From the NCBI GenBank assembly GCA_043228905.1, contig JBHGNT010000015.1:3100001-3164000 (forward strand): a stretch of DNA of 64,000 nucleotides, in the 5' to 3' direction. The notes beneath the pieces are model-generated. The model saw nothing but the letters and a program-made list of their open reading frames with translations. It was not told the DNA's origin and did no database searches. The stretch is from Azolla caroliniana. Lineage: Eukaryota > Plantae > Polypodiophyta. Of the stretch, positions 49,145-64,000 are shown in pieces (position 1 is the stretch's first letter; each line of letters starts with the position of its first letter). A program made the translations under genes and the position numbers.

Positions 49145-52100
49145 GTCTTAAAGGTCCCCACGGTGGCTCTTTCCCTAGTTGTAGGTTGATGGGACAATCA
49201 TAAGGTCGATGCTCAGGGAGTATACCAGCTTTCACTTTGTCGAAGACATCTGCAAATTCTTTATACTTGTGTGGAAGTTTAATCTCTGAACTACCCTTAG
49301 AGTCTTTAAAAGGCTTTGCTAATATTGCAAATACAAACATCTCCTCCTTTCTTCCTTCTTTGCATAATTGTTGTAGCGAAATAGTAGAAATTTTGCGGTA
49401 TTTAGCCTTTACACAACCATCTTCTAACATTTGGATTTCTTTTTTACCTTGACTTTGACATCTAATTGTCTGTTTCTGCCAATCAATGCTTAGTTTGTGA
49501 AGCTCGAACCAAGGTAAGCCTAGGACGATCGGATGCTCTGGACTACTAATAATATTGATGGATATAACACATGCCAAATCATCTAAGACTACTCGTACAA
49601 GCTCGGACTCTTCAGTTATGTTTCTGGAAGAAATAGGGCGTCCATCAATGATTACTACGAAAGCTTGATAGGGGAGTTTATGCAAGGATATTTTTTGTGC
49701 TAAGGCAAATTCCCTATCCATGAAACAAGAATTGGCTCCATTGTCTAGAAGGGCTAAGACATGAACTTGATGTTGGCTTGACGTACTAACTTCTACTTGA
49801 GCTGAAAAGACTTTACTTACTTCCTTGAAAGAAATGGAACCACTACTAGGGATAGGCTGTACAGATCTAGGACTGTCCAAGCAAATGGCTCCTATTTTGG
49901 TTGGACCTATTCATTTAATGCTTCCTCTAATTGACTCAAAAAAACTTCAAATCTATTTGAGAGAGTTGGGCTATGAGGATTATTTGTTGTATTTGGGAGA
50001 GTTGGGCTATTGAGATTGTTTTCAGATATTCTTATTGGATTAGACTCGGGTGTAGTAAGGATTTGATTTACCTGACGCTTTGGTCGATTGGGACAATTGA
50101 TTGCAATATGTCTAGGGCCCCCACAATACAAGCATTGGCGATTTGCTCGACGTCTTTGCTTTTCCTCATCTGATAACGGTCCTCGTCTTCGTGTTGCTTC
50201 AATCTCCATTGGTGTAGGCACATCCATTGGAGTAGTATTAGATGATTGCCTAGAAAGTGGTCTTGCTGCAACTGATGCATAAGTAAGCTCTAATCTTGAT
50301 CGCACCATAAGTTGTTGATGCTCGGAACGCCTTTCAAATAGTCTATTGTCACATCTAACCGCTCTACTTATTGCCTCCGTAAGTGATTTGGGATCCTCCG
50401 GAAAAGTAAGAAGAAAATCCTTCACATAATTGCGAAGGCCATATTGAAATTGTTCCATTAATGCTTGCTCGCCCCACGGGATGTCAGATGCAAGGAGACA
50501 GAAGTCAGCGGCATAGGCCGAAGTTGGAAGATCCCCTTGTCGTAGCCTACGGATCTTATTTATGGTTGTCCTTACACTATCCGTATCTCCAAAACATGTT
50601 TTGAATTCCTCTATAAAAGCTTCAAAATCATCTAACAATGGAGATTTTTGTTCTAATAGTGGTGCTTAATAAAGTGCCTATTAGTCCCACTCGAGATGCT
50701 TGAGTTGGATAATGTGTCGGGTGCATTTGAATTACTAATTGTACCTGATTCAAAAAGCCCCGAAATTGTGAGCGTGTCTTATCAAACCGTGCTGGAAGAC
50801 TTATCTTAGGTTCCTTAAAAATGCCTTGAGTTTCGACTGCTTGTTGTTGCGAAGAAGCTAGTGCCATCTCTAATTGTTGAACCCACTCCTCATATTGTCG
50901 TACTCGTTGTGTCAATTCTTCATCATGTTGTCACTTCTCCATTGTGACTTGTTGTAGATCTCTAAGTAGACGTTGATTCTCTTGTTCAAGAGCCATGAAC
51001 TTGCCTTTCAAGAATTCAAGCTCTGATAGGACAAATTGATGTTCCTCAAGGCTAATGGAAGCCATCAGAGTATTAAGAGATTTTGGGTAGAGGGGTATTC
51101 CGGTTCAAACTGTCAGCATGTGAACAAGAGAAAAGGGATAAGGATATTTGGAAGAAGCAGAATGGAGATATTATTATTATTATAAAGAGAGAATATTATA
51201 ACTGGTAGTTTGCACACGGACAAGAGAAAAGATAGAGTTTCTTGTTGAAGCAGAATGGTGAGATATTTATTATAAAGAGAGAATGTTACAACTAGAGAAT
51301 TAAGAGAATGATTGATAATGTAGGCTAGAAGGCTGGAGACTGGTGTTGAACCGGAATAAATTGAAATAGTGAGGGGCTTCAATTTATAGGAGTAGGTAAT
51401 GACACATGCAAGAGCAAGCAATGCCACGTGTCATCCCTTCATGAGTTTCCTTAAATGTTCTAGAAAGTTCCACAATGTTCCATAATGATCTAGAATGTTC
51501 TATAATGTTGTATGCATACATCTCTTAATAATGACATGAAATATTATTATATAATCTAAATGACCTAGTGGGTAAGGTGCTATAAGATGAGTGCCAGGCT
51601 CGAGGGTTCGAGCTTTGGCATGACCAGTAATCATGACAATATCCCCCTCTTAAAACGACAAGTGTGAGGGACGAAAGGCTAGGTTTTTCTGGATACTTGC
51701 GATGGAAGGCATTCACAAGTGCTTGAGCATTAGTAACGTTGTCGACAGGTTCCCATGTACGATCATTGGGACTGTATCCAAGCCAATCCACCAAGTAATA
51801 TAGGTTATTGCGGATGATCTTGGAATCAAGGATAGCGGCAACCTCATATTCTGGGCTATCAGCGAGTTGAACGACGGGTGGAGGTGGCACAATACGATGT
51901 GGAATAGTGGTAGTAGCACAAGGCTCAAGAAGTGAACAATGAAATACTGGGTGAAGACGCATATGGGAAGGTAGATCCAAGCGAAAAGCTACATCATTTA
52001 TTTGTGCAGCAATCCTGAATGGGCCTAAGCTTTGATGATCCAATTTATCACAAGGGCGTGTTGTTCGCACATGTCGTCGTAGAAGCCATACAAGATCTCC

Positions 52101-53737
52101 CTTTTGGAAGTTATGTGGAAGTCGATGTCGATCGACGACTGTCTTATGGGATGCTTGAGCGTGTTCTAGGTGGGTCAACACCTCTTCTTGAATATGTCGA
52201 ATGTGGGACACTCGATTTTCGGCTACTGGATTAGTTGGAACTTCGGAAAGCTCTAAGAAATTCCATTGAGGGTGATGACCTGTATATACAAAAAATGGAG
52301 TGACCTTAGTGGAAGATTGGACGGAATTGTTGTATGCAAACTCTGCGAAATGAAGAATATCGGCCCAATCATCTTGTTGATAGTTGATAAAACAACGAAG
52401 ATATTGTTCTAATGTTTCATTGGTTCTCTCTGCTTGACCATAAGTTTGTGGATGATAACTTGAAGAGAGGTTGCAAGAGATATTGAGTAGTGATAATAAA
52501 TGCCGCCAAAATTTTGAGATAAATTGTGGCCCACGATCACTAATGATGTTATCCGGAAAGCCATGATGTCGAAATACCTCTCGCATAACAAGATCACTTG
52601 TCTCCTTGTTGTTGATGGTCTTCGTACATGGTAGGAAATGTGCCATCTTTGTAAAGCGATCCACCACTGTCAAGATAGTATCAAACCCTCGAGAAGGGGG
52701 CAAATCAATAATAAAATCAAGCGAAATAGATTGCCAGGTTTTTGTTGTGATTGGCAATGGTTGTAACAATCCATAAGGATCGTGATGAGACATTTTTGTA
52801 CGACAACATGTTTCACATGTATGAACATACTCCTCAACAAAATTATGGAGCTTAGGCCACCAAAATGCTCGACTGACTAGGTCTAAGGTCTTTTGAATCC
52901 CAAATTCCCAGCCATATAAGTGTCATGGAAATGTTGTAACATCTTAAGACGAGAAGATCCATCAGGGACATAGAGAAGACCCTTATAAAATAGTAGATCA
53001 TTCTGCCATGTGAATTTATTGTAATCTACATGAGGATGTTGTGCCTTAGAACAAGAAGTGTGATTCGGATCAATGTGACGAGAACTTCTTGAGCAAAGAC
53101 ATCTATTTGAAGATCCCGGTGAATAGAATTAAGGATGCTGGAATCAACTGGCATGTGTGAAACTTCCATTGCTTGTAACCATGCAGGACAAAAAACTGTG
53201 GTTCAAACTGTCAGCACGCGCACAAGAGAAAAGGGATAAGGATATTTGGAAGAAGCGAAATGGAGATATTATTATTATTATAAAGAGAGAATATTATAAC
53301 TAGTAGTTTGCACATGGACAAGAGAAAAGATAGAGTTTCTTGTTGAAGCAGAATGGTGAGATATTAATTATAAAGAGAGAATGTTACAACTAGAGAATTA
53401 AGAGAATGATTGATAATGTAGGCTAGAAGGCTGGAGACTGGTGTTGAACCGGAATAAATTGAAAATAGTGAGGGGCTTCAATTTATAGGAGTAGGTAATG
53501 ACACATGCAAGAGCAAGCAATGCCACGTGTCATCCCTTCATGAGTTTCCTTAAATGTTCTAGAAAGTTCCACAATGTTCCATAATGATCTAGAATGTTCT
53601 ATAATGTTGTATGCATACATCTCTTAATAATGACATGAATTATTATCACATAATCTAAATGACCTAGTGGGTAAGGTGTTATAAGATGAGTGCCAGGGTC
53701 GAGGGTTCGAGCTTTGGCATGACCAATAATCATGACA
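49145..53737 (-). mobile_element. Tcn1-like chromovirus E, rearranged (LTR-INT/CHD-LTR-gag-PR-truncated)
   Basis: LTRs at 53209-53737 and 51111-51638, PPT gagggggatat at ~51639-51649. Integrase with chromodomain EYEVAAILD..YLVDWLGY..TWEP (51660-52900). gag with CLYCGGPRHIAINC (49907-51060) and protease ALLDNGANSCF. Confidence 0.92.
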
Positions 53738-53835
53738 TTGATTTTCTAGGAAACTAGTTAGCGTTGTATGTATGATGTCGCCTAGTATCGTTTTTAGTCG
53801 ATTGCTTGTAACTTTAGCCATTATCTTATATGTAT

Positions 53836-56800
53836 GGTCTCGTCTGACAATTAGCATGTCGTCCACATACAACAAAAGGATGAGGAAATCTCCTCCATCG
53901 AACTTCTTCACAAATGTGCAGTGATCGGCCTGCATTTTGTGGTACCCGTTTTCAGTCATGAAGGATTCGAATTTCCGGTACCATTGCCGTGGAGCCTCTT
54001 CAACCCGCACAGGCTCTTCCTCAATCGGCATACTAGGTTTTCTTTACCTTTCATTACGAATCCTTCCGGCTGCTGCATATATATCTCCTCTTCGAGATCT
54101 CCCTGCAGAAACGTCGTCTTGACATCCAATTGTTCGACTTCGAGATCCATGCTGGCCGCATTGCTCAGCAGGGTTCGGATGGATGTCATCTTCACTATCG
54201 GGGTAAATATTTCGTCGAAATCCACGCCCTTCTTCTGTTGAAACCCTTTTACGACAATTCGTGCTTTATATCTGGGTGGATTTCATCCATGTCCTGGTTT
54301 CAACTTGTATACCCACTTATTTCGGAGTGCATTCTTCCCCTTCGGCAACTCGGTCAGCTCGTATGTGTGGTTCTCATGCAAGGAATCCATCTCCTCTTGC
54401 ATGGCACGTAACCACTCTCGGTTGTGGCTATCTTTCTTAGCTTCTTTGTAGCTTTCCGGTTCCCCCTCATCAGTTAGCAGTACGCGTTCTTCATCCGGAA
54501 ATCTTCGGGGGGCTCTTCGCTCTCTAAGGGGGTATCTTCGGCTCGCGTTCGGTACAGTTAGTTTGTTTTCAACCTCTTCGTCCGAGTCGATTTCGGTTCC
54601 TCGTTTGGCCGACTCCCCTTGATCATCAGTCGTTTCTCGATTTTGCCAAGTATTAGATCGATCAACTGGTACAGGTTCAATTTCGATCGAACCGTCTTCT
54701 ACACGATCCAGCCGAGCATTGACTCGGCTCGATTTGGTGGTTGGAGACTTTTTCTCGTTCTCCCAATCGATCATTGTCTTCTCTTCCATGAAGACAATGT
54801 CTCGGCTCCTAATCACCTTCTTCTCGGCTAAGTCCCATAGCCGATAGCCGAACTCATCATCGTCGTAACCGAGAAATATGCATGGCCGAGATTTCAGGTC
54901 TAATTTCCCTCGTTGGTCCTTTGCCACATGCACAAAAGCAAGACAACCGAACACCCTCAAATGTCGTTACGTCACGTCTTTGCTGCTCCACACCCATTGT
55001 GGAATATCACCATCCAAGGGTACTGAGGGTGATCGTTTTATCACATATGTTGTTGTCATTAGCGCCTTAGCCCAGAATGTTTTCGGTAATTTCGCATGTG
55101 CAAGCATGCTTCAGACTGTCTCCATTATGGTCCGATTCATTCTCTCGGCCAACCCATTCAACTCTGGCATTTTTGGCACGGTATACTCAAGTTAGATTCC
55201 TTCTTTTGGCAATATTCTTCGAACGGTCCGCGGTACTCTCCGCCATTGTCCACTCAGACTGCCTTCAACTTACGGTCGGTTTCTCTCTCGGCCCTCGCTT
55301 GGAACTCTTTGAAGACGGATAACACTTGATCTTTCGTCTTTAGCACGGAAGCCCGCAACTTCCGGCTATAGTCGTCTATAAAGGTCATGAAATATTGTGA
55401 ACCACTATGCGACTTCGTGTCCACGTAGCATACATATGTATGCACGAGTTCTAGTGGTATTTTCTTCCTCATTGGGGGCCTTGTTCGGAAGGATGTTCGA
55501 TTTTGCTTACCGGCCAAGAAATTCGTGCATTTCTCAAGTTGCACATTCTTCACCTCTAGAATGAGGTTATCCTCGACGAGTTTCCGCATCCCCTTTTGGC
55601 TCATCTGGCACAACCTTCGGTGCCACAGTTCACCGCCTGTTTTGGTTGCCACATTCACTTATTCACGGCATAATCGAGCATTCATTACATACAGTGTGTT
55701 GGTTTTCCGTGCTCAAGCCACGAGTAGGCTCCCCTTGCAGAATGTCATGACACCATTCCGGATGCTACATGTGTAGCCTTCATCATCCAGTTGCCCGGTT
55801 GATATCAGGTTCAATAGAACCTCCGGAACGTGTTGAACATCTCTCAACACGAGTCTACAACCAGCTGAGGTTACCAAACACACGTCTCCAATGCCGACGA
55901 TTCAACATGCTCCTTCATTTCCCATCTTTACGAATCCGAGATCATCGGCCATGTACGATGAGAAGCATTTCCAGTCAGGGGTTAGGTGAAATGATGCACC
56001 CGAATTGACCACCCATGTCAATTCCTCGCCGACAAGGTTCACTACGTTCTGCTCGCTAATGAGCAACAAATCCTCCTCACTTGTCGCGATCCCCAAGGTG
56101 TTCTTGCTTTCCGAATTTTTTTTCGATTGCACACCATCGGCTCCCCCTTTTTCCTTTCGGAAATGTCAGCAATTCTTTTGAAAGTGCCCCGACTTCCTGC
56201 AATAGAAGCACGTGGGCCTTCCTCTCGACTTCGACCTCGTCTTCGATTTGTCCCAGTTTTGGGGACTCTGATACCGGCCTCTTCCCCGGTTGTAGTCATC
56301 TTCCATAACCAAGGCCTTCAGATCGGTTCCAGAATCCCGGTCCTTTCGGCGAGCTTCTTCATCTAGCAAGCTTGATTTGACTCTTGCTAGGGACAACTGT
56401 TTTCCTTTTGGCCCGGTGTTGCCCAACGTGACAACTAACGTCTCCCAACTATCCGGGAGAGTACCTCATCGGCAAGAGGTACTTCCAACGAGGTTGCCTG
56501 GTTTATCAATCCCTGGAAGGAATTCATGTGCTCCGCCATACTAGAGCCGTCTTGGTACCGGAGCCTCACTAGTTTCCGGAATATCGGAACTTGATTAACA
56601 ACATTCTTGTTTTGGAACATGATGCCGATCTTCTCCCAAAGTTCATGAGCCTTACTTTCTTCATTGAAATTGTTGTACAAGCTCATGTCGATGAATCACC
56701 GGATGTATGTCGTCATCTTCATGTGCATCACCTCCCACACTGTGGCATCGATCTTATCCGGTCTCTTGTCCCCGAACTGAACCAACAACCAAAGATCTTT

Positions 56801-57487
56801 AACCACCAACATATCCCTCATCTTCGACTTCCACACTGAGTAGTTGGAGCCAGGGAGCTTGAACATGCCGCCGAATGATTCTTCCATTTCCTGTGTTGTT
56901 CACTCTGATACCACTTTGTCGAGAATCGTGACTGGCCACAATCGGCTTCTCGTTCGGATGTTCAGGTGTAGGGAACGTAAAATAGAATGCACTCAGACAG
57001 AGTATGAAAGCAGAAATAGCACACAAGAGACAGAAACACACTATTTTAGCGTGGAAACCTGAAATGGGAAAAACCACAGGGGTCCAAAAACCCTGAGAAT
57101 TAAAATCACTATGCTAAAAAAGAGGAGTACAACTAGAAGCTTTGAGGCAACGACCTCGAGATTCAATTCCATCAACAGACAGCTACAGAGTTACACACGC
57201 TCTCACTCTCACTCGCTTACTGTTACCCAGTTACAGAGGAAACGACCTTCTAAGTAACCCCTTTTTAACAATAACTCATCATCATACTAACATTATGATT
57301 GCCCTAAGTACTTATATTGGTACACCTTTGAGGTTATTTACAAGTGTAGCCCATAAGGGCATATTTAGACTATTTACAAGTATAGTCTTCCGAGTTGGCT
57401 GTCTACACAATTTCGGTTTCGACCTCGGCCGAGTTTCTCAACAACTCGGCTTTTCTCTTCCCATCAAAAGGGACCCGTTTCCTAACA
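53836..57487 (-). mobile_element. Copia element F (same family as A), 3'-truncated, inserted in the 5' LTR of G
   Basis: 5' LTR 56917-57487, PBS 56902-56913, gag MEESFGGMFKL..MRDMLVVKDLW as in A, then protease, integrase and RT up to LYVDDMLIV. Fused directly to LINE sequence at ~53836. Confidence 0.88.
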
Positions 57488-62346
<4,859 letters not shown>

Positions 62347-62514
62347 GCCCCATTTGTCTACATGCAAAGCAAATCAACGCCCTCTTGGCATAGAGGTGAG
62401 AGAGAGTGAGAGGCAATGGCAACAGAGGGGTCATCAAACAATGACATATTTGTCTACATGGAAAGCATTCTTGGGCAAAGCAAGGTCTACATGCAAAGCA
62501 TTTCCCCGGAAGTC

Positions 62515-63650
62515 CATCAAGTTCTTTTTCCTTGATTAAAATAATCAGCACACCCCAAGACTTATTATTGTAAATGTGACCATCCTTAAATAATCCTTAA
62601 GTTGTGTTGCGATCTCATCCTCTTCAACGTGACTGAGTTGATAAGGTGGAATACTCATTATAGGACCAACACACGATATTATGAAATCACTTTTATGGTC
62701 AACATTATGTACATGTGGTAATATCAACGGTAGTTGCTTATGAAAACATCTTTGAAATAATTTATGATTGAACCAAGTAATCTTTATTCATGAATAGGTA
62801 ATTGATTCGCATCAACATTAAAATGATAATATTGAATCATTAGATCAAACGCATAACAATAAATTAAAGAACACAAAACTTAGTTAATGATGCAGAATAA
62901 ACAAGAGATTTGAAAGGGATTTTTGTACATTGAATAAAATTTATAACATTATTTAGCACAAAAGTGATTGAATGGTTAATATTCTAGTATTACATTAGTG
63001 GATCTCAAATTCATCCAATGAAAATCAAGCTTTTCCATATATGAATCTATGGAAATTAACAATTAATGAATCGCATTCCTCCATTTGCTAAGTGAACTTT
63101 ATGTGTCATCGCTTAAATGATATATCTATATGAAGTCCTAACATTTGTACCAAGTTATCATGAATAAAATTGTGTGAGCCACATGTATCAAACAAGTAAT
63201 GCCCTAGATATTCATTGATTTGACCGCTTACTCAAACAAATCATTTGGTCACAGTAAAAGCTCAGGAGAACAACATGGACAATTGTTAAAATGTTGAGTT
63301 TGAACCTCAATAATATAAAGGGACTGGCCCTTATGGTCATAATTTCTGACTTTTGGCTCATGAGGTGCATAAGTTTTAGTTTTCTACTAGAGTTGACAAC
63401 AATTGTCTTTTGTATACCCCTCTTTTCTTACAATATGTACAAGAAAGGAGAATGTGCTTAGTGTTTTGACCAAAGTCATCATTGGGTTTTTGATGCTTTC
63501 CATTGAATGATTTGTGCTTTGATCTTATTGGCCTAAGTGTATTATGTTCCTTCTTTGAAGTGCCTTTTCGATCCAGGCTCGCTTTCCATCGGGTTAGGTA
63601 CTAATTTCACAACACACTAGCCCGCATATATCGAAGTACAATCTTTACAA
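62515..63650 (-). pseudogene. Highly degraded Ty3/gypsy gag-PR-RT-start remnant
   Basis: ILPHVHNVDHK..PPYQLSHVEEDEIATQLKDYL..SWGVLIILIKEK is a PR-RT linker and RT start; the upstream part is too decayed to translate. Confidence 0.55.
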
Positions 63651-64000
63651 CATTGTCAAAGGATTTAAGATATGTATCATACATTGTCCAATGATAGTTT
63701 GAAATTGGAATGCCCTTAAGGGATTGGGCAATAAACCAAAATTCTCCCTCAAGTATCAAAATTTGAATTTATGTTCATGTTTGATGGACGTAATCCTCAA
63801 GAGAGTAGAATGATCAATAGAAAAAATCATAGGTTTTGTATTGTTTTAGTCTGAGAAGGTGGTTGTCGAAACTATCATTTAAAGATGTCAATGAAGTTAT
63901 ACCATGTATTGGGAAATTTCTTTCTTGTATGGTTAAACCTGATGATGATTAAAAGAATAAGATATTAAGAAGAATAATGAATTAAAGGTGCTTAACCACA

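Larger units (their letters stand above)
37685..53835 (-). mobile_element. Degraded LINE (L1/Tx1-like) ORF2 in three pieces: ~53738-53835, ~47110-49140, ~37685-37924
   Basis: YKIMAKVTSNRLKTILGDII (RT start); RCPLAPYLF; KYADDATVY..GLGAKINWNK; KLSFASKILIANQIL..RNFLWG..VAW; APIILWCIWTTRC, which continues across Gypsy D to a WLFPPP-like C-terminus. Confidence 0.8.

Overview
Eukaryotic nuclear DNA from a land plant. A non-seed plant, probably a fern, is inferred from the Tcn1-type chromovirus, the fungal-like Gypsy and the repeat style. The first ~19 kb is a gene island with three genes. (1) A UDP-glucuronate 4-epimerase (GAE, minus strand, intronless CDS with a predicted 5'UTR intron). (2) An 11-exon gene invisible in the ORF track that splices cleanly into a ~457-aa DUF72 (YecE/YunF-like TIM-barrel) protein, a mainly prokaryotic family, with a C-terminal tail carrying two PCNA-binding PIP-box-like motifs. 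(3) A 4-exon 40S ribosomal protein S19 gene. From ~19.8 kb to the end lies a nested retrotransposon pile. It contains a triple Copia nest (A contains B contains C, all with TSDs), and A also carries an antisense LTR-less Gypsy fragment with a -1 frameshift signal. A LINE is split by a very young Gypsy (419-bp LTRs, 1 mismatch) that has three zinc knuckles, a truncated integrase and an intact ~899-aa extra ORF. There is also a rearranged self-priming Tcn1-like chromovirus and two further Copia elements. All coordinates and mismatch counts were read by eye.
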